64,000 nt of DNA, from the NCBI GenBank assembly GCA_963815115.1, contig CAWFFN010000008.1:576001-640000 (forward strand), read 5' to 3'. Positions 34,551 to 43,858 of this stretch are shown piece after piece; within the stretch, counting starts at the first letter, position 1; the number at the start of each line of letters is the position of its first letter. Both the position numbers and the translations under genes were made by a program. Source of the stretch: an uncultured delta proteobacterium. GTDB lineage: Bacteria; Desulfobacterota; Binatia; DP-6. The notes beneath the pieces were generated by a model, which worked only from the letters and a program-made list of their open reading frames with translations, ran no database searches and was not told the DNA's origin.

Positions 34551-35807
34551 ATGCCCGATCTGATTCCTCCGCACGGCGGCCTCACCGAGCCCGTGAACTG
34601 CATGGTATCCGCAGCCGACGAGGCAGCGCTCGTCGCCGAGGCGGCGAAGCTGGTGCAGGTGCCCGTCTCCGACGCCGATCTCTCCAGCGTCTATCGCTTC
34701 GGCGATGGCGGCCTCTCGCCCCTCACCGGCCCGATGGACGAGGCCGCATACCACCGCGTCCTCGACGAGGCGGTCATCGAGCACCAGGGTCGGAAGTACG
34801 CCTGGACCATTCCGATCGCGTTTCCCGTCACGCGCGAGCTCGCGGGCCGCATCCGCCGCGGCGATTCGGTGGCGCTGGTGAACGGCGACACCGTCGTCGC
34901 CACGCTCGCGGTCGGCGACGTCTTCGCGTGGGACAAGCAGCGCTACATCCGGAGCGTCTACCAGACGGAGCGCACCGACCACCCCGGCGGCGACATGGTG
35001 CTCAAGGGCGACGCCGACAAGACGCACCTGCTCGGCGGCACGCTGCGGGTGCGCCCGCAGCCGAAGCACCCGAAGTTCGGCGCCTACGTCCGCTCGCCGC
35101 GCGAGGTGCGGGCCCTGCTGCGCGACAAGGGCTGGCAGCGCGTGGTCGCGTTCCAGACCCGCAACCCGTTGCACCGCGCCCACGAGTACGCCCTCGTCTA
35201 CGGCCTCGAGACGCTGCTGCGCCAGGGACACGACGCGGGCGCCTGCCTGAATCCGCTGATCGGCGAGACCAAGGGCGACGACGTCCACGCCGAGGTCCGC
35301 ATGGCCACCTACGAGGCGCTGATCCGCACGCGTGCCCTGGGCGACGGCGACAGCGACCAGGCGCTGTGGGGTCCGCGCGGGGAGTCCGTGCCCGATCGCG
35401 TGATCCTGCTCGGGCTCGACATCAAGATGTTCTACGGCGGTCCGAACGAGGCGGTGATGCACGCCATCTACCGGCAGAACTTCGGCTTCACGGACCTGAT
35501 CGTGGGGCGCAAGCACGCCGACGCCCCCTTTCACGACGGCAGCGCCATCTGGGGCGACTTCGACGCCCAGGAGCGGTTCTCGACGCTGCGAGGCGACCTC
35601 GAGATCCGCCCGCTGAAGGTCGGCTTCGCCGCCTACTACGAGTCCATCGGCCGCGTCGACCTGACCGACAATCATCCCGACGAGAAGCCGGTGTCGATCT
35701 CCGGCAAGGACGTCCGCAAGGCGCTGCTCGAGGGCCGCGAGGTCGACCCGCGCATCATGCGCCCGTCCACCTCGCACATCCTGGCGGCCGCGATGCGGGA
35801 GGCGTGA
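34551..35807 (+). CDS. sat: Sulfate adenylyltransferase (Sat type)
   Basis: [38 protein letters not shown]. Confidence 0.93.
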   Translation: MPDLIPPHGGLTEPVNCMVSAADEAALVAEAAKLVQVPVSDADLSSVYRFGDGGLSPLTGPMDEAAYHRVLDEAVIEHQGRKYAWTIPIAFPVTRELAGRIRRGDSVALVNGDTVVATLAVGDVFAWDKQRYIRSVYQTERTDHPGGDMVLKGDADKTHLLGGTLRVRPQPKHPKFGAYVRSPREVRALLRDKGWQRVVAFQTRNPLHRAHEYALVYGLETLLRQGHDAGACLNPLIGETKGDDVHAEVRMATYEALIRTRALGDGDSDQALWGPRGESVPDRVILLGLDIKMFYGGPNEAVMHAIYRQNFGFTDLIVGRKHADAPFHDGSAIWGDFDAQERFSTLRGDLEIRPLKVGFAAYYESIGRVDLTDNHPDEKPVSISGKDVRKALLEGREVDPRIMRPSTSHILAAAMREA

Positions 35808-35832
35808 GGCCGCGCCTGCAGCGCCGGGTCCG

Positions 35833-36045
35833 ATGAAGGTCGACGTGTCGTGTCGCCAGTGCGGCGCCACGACCCGGCTCGACCTCGGCAGCCCGGCTCC
35901 GGGCGAGTCCGTCGAGGACTATCTCCACCTGGTCCGCGAGCGCCTCGCCCACCGGCCGAGCTTCACCTGCTTCGGCGGCCATACCGAGCTGCGGCCGCCC
36001 GTGCCCGGCTTCTGGGAGGTGCGCTGGGAGACGCTCGGGGAATAG
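35833..36045 (+). CDS. Small CxxC-containing hypothetical protein
   Basis: 70 aa ORF with CRQC and CFGGH; closes the operon before a strong hairpin. Confidence 0.6.
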   Translation: MKVDVSCRQCGATTRLDLGSPAPGESVEDYLHLVRERLAHRPSFTCFGGHTELRPPVPGFWEVRWETLGE

Positions 36046-36082
36046 GAATGCGACCCGAGACTCCGTCTCGGGTCGCATTCCT
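36044..36082. terminator. Perfect 18-bp-stem hairpin between convergent genes, built on the REP-like core
   Basis: AGGAATGCGACCCGAGAC-TCC-GTCTCGGGTCGCATTCCT. Confidence 0.75.
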
Positions 36083-36378
36083 CAGCCGGCCCCGAAGGGG
36101 TGGACCTCGATCGACAGGCCGAACACCTGCACGAGCAGGAGGTAGAGCGCGAGCAGCGCGAGGAGCAGGCCGCCGAGCGCCGTCAGCGCCAGGCCCGACA
36201 GCAGGATGACCGCCAGGAGCCCGCCGATGGCGATCGCCGGAGCGGCGAACCCTGGGCGGTTGAAGGGGGCGACCGGCTGCAGCAGGGGGAACACGCCCTG
36301 GGCCCGCACCTCGTCCCAGAGCGCATCGGCAACGCCGCGCAGCTGGCGGCCGACGCCGTCGAGCCAGCCCGTCGTCAC
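36082..36378 (-). CDS. Small membrane protein
   Basis: 98 aa with hydrophobic C-terminal hairpin; GTG start overlaps upstream stop. Confidence 0.65.
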   Translation of the reverse strand: MTTGWLDGVGRQLRGVADALWDEVRAQGVFPLLQPVAPFNRPGFAAPAIAIGGLLAVILLSGLALTALGGLLLALLALYLLLVQVFGLSIEVHPFGAG

Positions 36379-36875
36379 GGCGAGGAGTGCGGAACGTTCT
36401 GGGGAGCGTTCTCGGCCCGCAGGAGGATGAGGATCGCTCCGTCACCGCTGCGGGCGTCCCGGCCGACGCCGAAGACCATGGTGCCACCGTTCAGCAAGCG
36501 CACGTTCGTGTCGACCAGGCGCTTGCGCCCCTCGAGGAGGCGAACCTGCATCATCACCCGTTGGTCGACCATGCCCTTCGGAAGCAGGATCAGGGAGCGG
36601 CCGTCGCCGACGTCGAAAGCCTCCGTGTTGCGCCACGCCACGCGACGTTGCTGCTCGGCCACGAGCTGGTAGGCGTGGTAGCCGGCGATGTGCCGCAACC
36701 GGGGTCGCAGCGATTCGAGCTGGGGATCGCACGGGCCACTCTCGACGGCGCGGACGGTGGTGACCTGGATATCGAGCGGCTGGGCGACGGCATCAGGGGG
36801 GACGACACACGGACCGATGATCAGCATCGCACCCGCCAGCCCGGCGAGCGCGGCGCCGAACCCCTCGCGTGTCAC
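36375..36875 (-). CDS. Hypothetical exported protein in the sigma/anti-sigma operon
   Basis: GTG overlapping the anti-sigma stop; signal-like N-terminus; beta-rich body (TNVRLLNGGTMVFG). Confidence 0.65.
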   Translation of the reverse strand: MTREGFGAALAGLAGAMLIIGPCVVPPDAVAQPLDIQVTTVRAVESGPCDPQLESLRPRLRHIAGYHAYQLVAEQQRRVAWRNTEAFDVGDGRSLILLPKGMVDQRVMMQVRLLEGRKRLVDTNVRLLNGGTMVFGVGRDARSGDGAILILLRAENAPQNVPHSSP

Positions 36876-37405
36876 GGGTTGCCGTCCTCTATCGTGTGGT
36901 TCACCCAGATGACGGTGGTGCCGCTCTTGGGCTCGCGGCGAACCGCGATGCCCTTGCCGCTGAGCCGATCGATCTCGGCGTGGTTGGCCGACTGCCACGC
37001 CCGGCTCCGGCTCGCGTAACGGTCGCCTGCCGCAGCCGGGGTCGGCTTCGGGGTCGACGGCGGCTGCGCCGAGGTGCCGAGCCAGAGCAGCACGCTCGCC
37101 GCGAGCGCCATCACGGCCCCCCACACGGGGAGCTGCCGCGGCAGGACGGCGATGCCGGCGCTGCGTGGCCGGCGGCTCGCGGGGAGCGTCGCGGCCACCG
37201 CGGGCCACACCCCGGAGAGGTCGAGCTGCCGCGCTTCGCCTTCGATGAGACGCGTCACGGCACCGCGGAGGCCCGTCAGCTCGCGGATCGTCCCGTCGCA
37301 CGCCGTGCAGGTGGCCGCGTGACGGGCAACGTCGAGCAGCTCGGGAGGTGACAGCTCCGTGTCCACGAAGCCATCGAGAAGCTGCTCGACATCCTGACAA
37401 TTCAT
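36872..37405 (-). CDS. Zinc-binding anti-sigma factor (zf-HC2) with TM
   Basis: MNC..V..LL..FVD.EL, HAATCTAC (HxxxCxxC), one TM. Confidence 0.88.
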   Translation of the reverse strand: MNCQDVEQLLDGFVDTELSPPELLDVARHAATCTACDGTIRELTGLRGAVTRLIEGEARQLDLSGVWPAVAATLPASRRPRSAGIAVLPRQLPVWGAVMALAASVLLWLGTSAQPPSTPKPTPAAAGDRYASRSRAWQSANHAEIDRLSGKGIAVRREPKSGTTVIWVNHTIEDGNP

Positions 37406-37410
37406 GTGAC

Positions 37411-37988
37411 TCAGCGAAGCCCGCGGAGCCGCTGCTGAAGCTGGCGGCGCGCGTAGTGGAGGCGGCTCATCACGGTGCCTTTGGGACAATCGAGTACGCG
37501 ACTGATCTCCTCGTAGGAGAGCCCGTCCACTTCACGAAGGAGTATTACCGCTCGATGCTCGGGGGTCAACTCGGCGATGGCAGCCGAGAGCCCCCGCGCG
37601 ATCTCGGCATCACGAGTGCGCTGGAAGGGATCGCCCTCCTCCGCCCCGTCCGCCAGGAAGGTGACCGGATCCGCCCCCCGGTCTCCCCCTCGCGCGGCTC
37701 GAGGGTGGCGAGGGGCATCTTCGCCTCGCGGCGCTGGTGATCGATGCAGAGGTTCACCGCGATGCGGTAGGTCCACGTGTAGAAGCCGGCGTCGCCCTTG
37801 AAACGGTCCAAGCTCTGAAAAGCTTTCGTGAAAGTCTCCTGGACCACGTCGAGCGCGTCCTCCCGGTTTCGTAACATCCCGAGCGCGAGCGTGGCGATCT
37901 TGCGCTGATAGCGTTCGACCAGCTGCCGGAAGGCATCCCGGTCGCCCTTCCGGGCTCGCTCGACGAGCTCACCGTCGCTAGGCCCCAC
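37411..37988 (-). pseudogene. ECF sigma-70 factor (RpoE-like) split by a frameshift near 37674-37689
   Basis: Region 2 (DALDVVQETF, FYTWTYRIAVN) and region 4 (LREVDGLSYEEI..GTVMSRL) are in different frames; adding one G to the G6 or G5 run joins them. Confidence 0.85.
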
Positions 37989-38048
37989 GGCCCGCTCGCC
38001 TATCAGACGGGAATGGCAAAAGGGTATTCAGCTGCCGGCCACCGGCCA

Positions 38049-40658
38049 TCAGCCATGCACCTCGGCCCAATTCGACCCCGAGTGTGCCTCGACCCGGAGG
38101 GGCACCCGGAGCGGCCACACACCCTCCATGGCCTCGCGCACCTCCGACACGGTCCGCTCGACCTCGGCCTCGGGCGCTTCCAGCACGAGCTCGTCGTGCA
38201 CCTGGAGCAGCATCCGCGAGCGCAGCCCCGCGCCCCGGAGGCGCCGGGAGACCTCGAGCATCGCGAGCTTGATCAGGTCGGCGGCCGAGCCCTGGATCGG
38301 GGTGTTGGTCGCCGCCCGCTCGGCGAACTGGCGCACGGCAGGGTCCCGCGCGCCCAGCTCCGGCAGGTAGCGGCGCCGTCCGAGCACGGTCGCCACCCAG
38401 CCGCGCTCGCGGGCCTGGGCGATCGTGCCGTCGATGAAGCGCCGCACGCCGGGATAACGCGCGAAGTAGCCGGCGATGTACGCCTCGGCCTCGGCGATCG
38501 ACACGCCGAGTTCGCGGGCGGCGCGGCTCGGACCCATGCCGTAGACGATACCGTAGTTGATCACCTTCGCGAGCCGCCGCCCGCTGCTCGGTGACAGGCT
38601 GGCGAACACCTCCGCCGCGGTGCGCGCGTGGATGTCGTCGTCGCGAGTGAAGGCGTCGATGAGCGCCGGATCGTCCGCCAGATGCGCCAGGAGGCGCAGC
38701 TCGATCTGCGAATAGTCGGCGGAGATCAGGCGGCAGCCCGGCGCCGCCACGAAGGTGGCGCGGATGCGGCGTCCCTCCTCGCTGCGCACCGGGATGTTCT
38801 GCAGATTCGGGTCCGAGCTGGACAGCCGGCCGGTCGCAGCGACGGTCTGGTTGAAGGAGGTATGCACGCGGCCGGTGCGCGGGTCGACCAGCGCCGGAAG
38901 GGAGTCGATGTAGGTCGACTTGAGCTTGGAGAGCGCGCGGAACTCGAGGATCTTCGCCGGCAGCGGATGCTCGCGCGCGAGGCGCGTCAGCACGTCCACG
39001 TCGGTCGACAGCCCGGTCTTCCCGCGCCGCACGCCGCGGGTCGAGATCCCGAGTCGGTCGAAGAGGACCTCGCGCAGCTGCGGCGGCGAGTTGATGTTGA
39101 ACGGGCCACCGGCGGCCTCGTGGATCTCCGCCATCAGGCAGTCCATGGTGCCGCCGAACTCCGCCGAAAGCCCCGCCAGCGCGGCGACGTCGAGCGAGAT
39201 CCCCGCGAGCTCCATGTCGGCGAGCACCTCGGCGAGGGGCATCTCGAGGTCGCGGTAGAGACGGTCCATGTCGTGCGCGCGCAAGCGTGCCTCGAGCTCG
39301 CGGCGGAGCGTGAACGCCGCACGCGCCGAACGTGCGGCCGGCGCGGGGCCGGTGTCGGCCTCACGCGGCTGCCCGAGCAGCTCCTCGGCGAGGGCCCCGA
39401 TGCCGTGATCGGCACGCGAGGGGTTCAGGCAGTACGACGCCAGCGAGAGATCGAAGGCCGGACCCGCGAGGCGGAGGCCACGGCGCGCGAGGGCCACGCG
39501 CAGCGCCTTCAGGTCGGCGCCCACCTTCTCCACCGCGAGGTCGGCGAGCAGCGGCACCAACGCCGCCTGCACGTCGGCCGCCTCGGGCTCCGTGACCACG
39601 ATCACCGGATCGTGCTCCGCCGCCAGGGCGAGGCGGGTGAGACGCGCCACCGTGGCGCGCGGCGAGTCGACGTCGGCCACCACCGCAACGCTCCCCGCCG
39701 ACTTGAGCGAGGCGACCGCGGTCGCGACCGGACCCGCGGCGCCGACCTCCTCGAGAGCGACGGCCGGCGGCTCGCCGACGCCGCCGAGGTCGCGCAACAG
39801 CGAGCGCATCTCGAGCTCGCCGAGCAGGGCGCGGAGCTCCTCGCGGTCCGGGCCAGCCCAGCGCAGCGCCTCCATGTCGAGCGGCACCGCCACGTCGCGC
39901 CGGATGGTCGCGAGGGTCTTCGACAGCCGGGCCACCTCCGCCTCGCGGGCGAGCGTGTCGCGGACCTTCTTGGCGCCCCGCAGACCGCTCTGCTCGACGA
40001 GATCGAGTCGTTCGAGGACGGTCTCCAGCGCGCCGATGCGCTGCACCAGGGCCATGGCCGTCTTCTCCCCGATCCCCGGCACGCCGGGAATGTCGTCGAT
40101 CGCGTCCCCCATGAGCCCGAGGACGTCCGGGACCAGGGTGGGCTCGACGCCGAAGCGCGCCTGGACCTCGGCGACTCCCGCGCGCCGGTCCCGCATGGTG
40201 TCGTAGAGCGTGGTACGGGCGTCGACCAGCTGCATCATGTCCTTGTCGCCCGTGACGATCACGGTCTCGAGCCCCGCGAGGCTCGCCTGGGTCGCCAATG
40301 TGCCGATGACGTCGTCGGCCTCGACGCCCGCCTGCTCGATCACGGGGAGGCGGAGCGCGGTCACCAGCCGGCGGATGTACGGTATCTGCGGGCGGAGCTC
40401 CTCGGGCATCGGAGCCCGGGTCTCCTTGTAGGCGGCATAGAGCGCGTCGCGGAAGGTCTCGCCGGGGGCGTCGAAGACCACCGCGACGTGGTCGGGCCGC
40501 TCCTCCCGCAGCAGCTTGGACAGCATGTTGGCGAAGCCCAGAACGGCATTGGTGGGTAGGCCTCGCGAGGTGTTGAGGGCGGGCAGGGCATGGAATGCGC
40601 GATAGACGTACCCGCTGCCGTCGATCAGGTGGAGGCGCGGCGCGTGGACGTTCGCCAT
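38049..40658 (-). CDS. polA: DNA polymerase I
   Basis: LIDGSGYVYRAFHA, EADDVIGT, TGRLSSSDPNLQNIP, DYSQIELR, LQVHDEL. Confidence 0.97.
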   Translation of the reverse strand: MANVHAPRLHLIDGSGYVYRAFHALPALNTSRGLPTNAVLGFANMLSKLLREERPDHVAVVFDAPGETFRDALYAAYKETRAPMPEELRPQIPYIRRLVTALRLPVIEQAGVEADDVIGTLATQASLAGLETVIVTGDKDMMQLVDARTTLYDTMRDRRAGVAEVQARFGVEPTLVPDVLGLMGDAIDDIPGVPGIGEKTAMALVQRIGALETVLERLDLVEQSGLRGAKKVRDTLAREAEVARLSKTLATIRRDVAVPLDMEALRWAGPDREELRALLGELEMRSLLRDLGGVGEPPAVALEEVGAAGPVATAVASLKSAGSVAVVADVDSPRATVARLTRLALAAEHDPVIVVTEPEAADVQAALVPLLADLAVEKVGADLKALRVALARRGLRLAGPAFDLSLASYCLNPSRADHGIGALAEELLGQPREADTGPAPAARSARAAFTLRRELEARLRAHDMDRLYRDLEMPLAEVLADMELAGISLDVAALAGLSAEFGGTMDCLMAEIHEAAGGPFNINSPPQLREVLFDRLGISTRGVRRGKTGLSTDVDVLTRLAREHPLPAKILEFRALSKLKSTYIDSLPALVDPRTGRVHTSFNQTVAATGRLSSSDPNLQNIPVRSEEGRRIRATFVAAPGCRLISADYSQIELRLLAHLADDPALIDAFTRDDDIHARTAAEVFASLSPSSGRRLAKVINYGIVYGMGPSRAARELGVSIAEAEAYIAGYFARYPGVRRFIDGTIAQARERGWVATVLGRRRYLPELGARDPAVRQFAERAATNTPIQGSAADLIKLAMLEVSRRLRGAGLRSRMLLQVHDELVLEAPEAEVERTVSEVREAMEGVWPLRVPLRVEAHSGSNWAEVHG

Positions 40659-40760
40659 GGGCATCGGGTGCAGGCGCCGGCGCGATCCTTGACTTCGGGA
40701 GGGGGGATGGTAATAGCGCCCCCGAATTTTGTTTCGGGCACGAGCGTCTAACGCGTTTAC

Positions 40761-41504
40761 ATGATCGAAGTCGCGAACCTGAGCAAACGGTACGGCGACC
40801 TCGCGGCGGTCCAGGATCTCTCCTTCGCCGCCCATCCGGGAGAGATCCTCGGCTTCCTCGGGCCGAACGGCGCGGGCAAGACCACCACCCTCCGCGTCAT
40901 CACCGGGTTTCTTCCCGCCACCTCGGGCACCGTGCGGGTGTGCGGCTTCGACGTCTTCGAGCAGTCTGCCGAGGTCCGGCGCCGGATCGGCTATCTGCCG
41001 GAGAACCCGCCGCTCTACAACGACATGACCGTGGTCCCGTACCTCCGCTTCGCGGCCCGCATCCACGGCGTCGAGCGGGGCGCGGTGGCGGACGCCGTCG
41101 AGCGGGTCATCGACACCTGCGGGCTCGCCGACGTCACCCAGCGCCTGCTCGGGCACCTCTCGAAGGGGTTCCGCCAGCGGGTCGGTCTCGCGCAGGCCCT
41201 CATTCACGACCCCGAGGTGCTGATTCTCGACGAGCCCACCAACGGGCTCGATCCCGGCCAGATCCGCGACATGCTCGCGTTCATCCGGTCGATGGGCGCG
41301 AAGCGGACGATCGTCCTGTCCACGCACATCCTGTCGCAGGTGCTGAGCGCGTGTCAGAAGGTCGTCATCATCAACGACGGCCGGATCGCCCTCGAGGCGC
41401 CGCTCGGCGACCTGACGCGCGACCGCTCGCTGGAAGACGTCTACACGCAGGCGATCTCGGGCGGGGCGGCGAGTCTCCTCCCCGAAGGCGGAGCCTCGGC
41501 CTGA
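40761..41504 (+). CDS. ABC ATPase (GldA-like)
   Basis: GPNGAGKTT, LSKGFRQRVGLA, LDEPT. Confidence 0.93.
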   Translation: MIEVANLSKRYGDLAAVQDLSFAAHPGEILGFLGPNGAGKTTTLRVITGFLPATSGTVRVCGFDVFEQSAEVRRRIGYLPENPPLYNDMTVVPYLRFAARIHGVERGAVADAVERVIDTCGLADVTQRLLGHLSKGFRQRVGLAQALIHDPEVLILDEPTNGLDPGQIRDMLAFIRSMGAKRTIVLSTHILSQVLSACQKVVIINDGRIALEAPLGDLTRDRSLEDVYTQAISGGAASLLPEGGASA

Positions 41505-42277
41505 TGCGCAACGTCCTCACCATCGCCGGTCGCGAGATCCGCTCGTACTTCTCGTCGCCCGTGGCCTACGTCCTGCTGGCCGTCTTTCTCGCCCTCGCGG
41601 GCTACTTCTTCTGGGCCCTCCTCACCTCGTTCAATCAGATGCTCGCCATCTACAGCATGATGCGCAATCCCGAGATGCTGCAGCGCTTCAACCTGAACGA
41701 GATGGTGATCCGGCCCCTGCTCCAGAACATGGCGGTGCTCCTCATCTTCATCGTCCCGGCGATCACGATGCGCATGTTCCCCGAGGAGAAGCGCGCCGGC
41801 ACCTACGAGCTGCTGCTCACGTCGCCGGTGCGGGTGGGGGAGATCGTCGCCGGAAAGTTTCTCGGCGGCCTCGCCCTGCTGCTGGTGATGATCGCGCTCT
41901 CCAGCATCTTCGGCCTGCTGCTCTCCCTGTACGGCAACCCGGAGATCAGGATGATGCTCGCGGGCTACCTCGGGCTGCTGCTGATGGCGACGAGCTTCCT
42001 CGCCATCGGCACGCTGATCTCGTCGTTCACCGACAACGTCGTCATCGCATACGTGGGCACGCTCTTCACGCTCCTGGTGCTCTACACCATCGGCTGGCTG
42101 GGCGAGACCGTCCAGGGCTTCTGGTCGGGCGTGATCCGGTACGTCTCCATCACCGACCACTTCCAGGAGTTCACCAAGGGCATCATCGACACGAGGGACC
42201 TGGTCTACTTCGCGACCGTCCTCGTGGTGACCCTGTTCCTCACCCACCGATCGGTCGAGTCGGTCCGCTGGAGGTGA
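41504..42277 (+). CDS. ABC-2 permease (GldF-like)
   Basis: EIRSYFSSPVAY, EEKRAGTYELLLTSP, GIIDTRDLVYF. Confidence 0.9.
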   Translation: MRNVLTIAGREIRSYFSSPVAYVLLAVFLALAGYFFWALLTSFNQMLAIYSMMRNPEMLQRFNLNEMVIRPLLQNMAVLLIFIVPAITMRMFPEEKRAGTYELLLTSPVRVGEIVAGKFLGGLALLLVMIALSSIFGLLLSLYGNPEIRMMLAGYLGLLLMATSFLAIGTLISSFTDNVVIAYVGTLFTLLVLYTIGWLGETVQGFWSGVIRYVSITDHFQEFTKGIIDTRDLVYFATVLVVTLFLTHRSVESVRWR

Positions 42278-42280
42278 GTC

Positions 42281-43858
42281 GTGGGTCGGTCCGCCTCGCT
42301 CCTCGGCCTCCTCGGCCTCGTCCTGCTCGCGTTCGGCTTCGTCGCCGCGGCGATCGTCGAGTTCCCTGCCCGCGATCCGTTCGTCCTGGCGAACGTGATC
42401 CTGGGCGCCGGGCTGCTGCTCCTCACCCTCGTCTTCGGGTTCGACAACCTGCGCGGGCTGGTCGGGCAACGCTCGACGCGCTACGGCGCGAGCGCCGCCA
42501 TCTACTCGGCGCTCTTCGTCGCGCTGCTCGTCGGGCTGAGCTATCTCGGCATTCGCCACCACCATCGCTGGGACCTCACCGAGAGCGGCGCCTACACCCT
42601 CTCGCCGCAGTCGAAGAAGGTGGTCGAGGCGCTCAAGGACAAGCTGGTCGTCACGGCCTTCGCCGACGGCGGCGTCAGTCCGCAGCTCGAGACCCTGCTC
42701 GACGGCTATCGGTACCTCTCCCCCGATCAGGTCGAGACCCGCGTGGTCGACCCCGACAAGGAGCCCACGCTCGCCGAGCAGATGAAGATCACCACCGTCC
42801 CGAGCGTGCACCTGCAGTACGGCAAGGAGAGCTTCGTGGTGACGCAGCCGACGGAGGAGACGGTCACCAACGGGATCATCCGCGTCACGCGGAGCGGGAA
42901 GAAGGTCGTGTACTTCACGGAAGGGTTCGGCGAGCCGGACGTGAAGAACGCGGACGACCCGAAGGGATTCTCGGAGGTGAAGCTCGCCCTCGAGCAGGAG
43001 AACTACGAGGTCAAGTCCCTCCTGCTGCCGTCGGTCGAGCAGGTTCCCGACGACGCCAGCGCGGTGGTGCTGGCCGGGCCCACCCGGCCCCTCACCGAGG
43101 CAGCGATCGCGGCGCTCGACGGCTATCTCAAGCGCGGCGGCCACCTGCTCGCGCTCGTCGGCGCGGGTCCGAGCGGCGACAAGGGCAGCGAGAAGCTCAC
43201 GGCCTTCCTCGGCGGCTGGGGCGTCAAGGTGGGCAACGACATCGTGATCGATCGCGAGATGCGGCTCTTCGAAGGCCCTCGCCTGGGGGTCGTGCCGCTC
43301 TCCCGCACCTACGGCACCCATCCCGTCACGCAGGGCTTCAAGGACTACACGGTCTTCCCACAGACCCGCAGCGTCGAGCCCGCGGCCGAGGGCAAGAAGG
43401 GCCTCCAGGCCACGTGGCTGGTCAAGACGAGCGAGTCGAGCTGGGCCGAGACCGACGTCGACGGCGTCTTCGCCAAGGGCGTTGCGACCCTGGACCAGAC
43501 CGACCGCAAGGGTCCGGTGTCGATCGCGGTCGCGGTCACCGCGAACCTGAAGGAGCTCGGGGCGAATCCGCCCCAGGGCGTCACGGACGCGCGGCTCGTC
43601 GTGTTCGGCAGTGCCCTCTTCGCCGACAACCAGCAGATCGAGCAGTCCCGGCTGAACGGCGACCTGTTCCTGAACGCGGTCGGCTGGCTGGTCGGACAGG
43701 AGGACCTGATCTCCATCCGCAGCCAGAGCGTGCGCGCCTCGCGCGCCGACCTGACGCCGGCCCAGGCCCCCCAGGTCTTCTACCTCTCCGTGTTCATCAT
43801 CCCCGAGCTGCTGATCGCCCTCGGCATCTGGGTGTGGTGGCGGCGGAGAGCGGCGTGA
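42281..43858 (+). CDS. GldG-family ABC auxiliary protein
   Basis: RWDLTE..YTLS..S, VYFTEGFGE, LAGP, N.DLFLNAVGWL, C-terminal TM ending WWRRR. Confidence 0.88.
   Translation: MGRSASLLGLLGLVLLAFGFVAAAIVEFPARDPFVLANVILGAGLLLLTLVFGFDNLRGLVGQRSTRYGASAAIYSALFVALLVGLSYLGIRHHHRWDLTESGAYTLSPQSKKVVEALKDKLVVTAFADGGVSPQLETLLDGYRYLSPDQVETRVVDPDKEPTLAEQMKITTVPSVHLQYGKESFVVTQPTEETVTNGIIRVTRSGKKVVYFTEGFGEPDVKNADDPKGFSEVKLALEQENYEVKSLLLPSVEQVPDDASAVVLAGPTRPLTEAAIAALDGYLKRGGHLLALVGAGPSGDKGSEKLTAFLGGWGVKVGNDIVIDREMRLFEGPRLGVVPLSRTYGTHPVTQGFKDYTVFPQTRSVEPAAEGKKGLQATWLVKTSESSWAETDVDGVFAKGVATLDQTDRKGPVSIAVAVTANLKELGANPPQGVTDARLVVFGSALFADNQQIEQSRLNGDLFLNAVGWLVGQEDLISIRSQSVRASRADLTPAQAPQVFYLSVFIIPELLIALGIWVWWRRRAA

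Noticed and set aside
40659-41327. Long N-terminal extension of PolA in the ORF track
   Set aside because: Overlaps the divergent ABC ATPase; PolA similarity begins near 40658.
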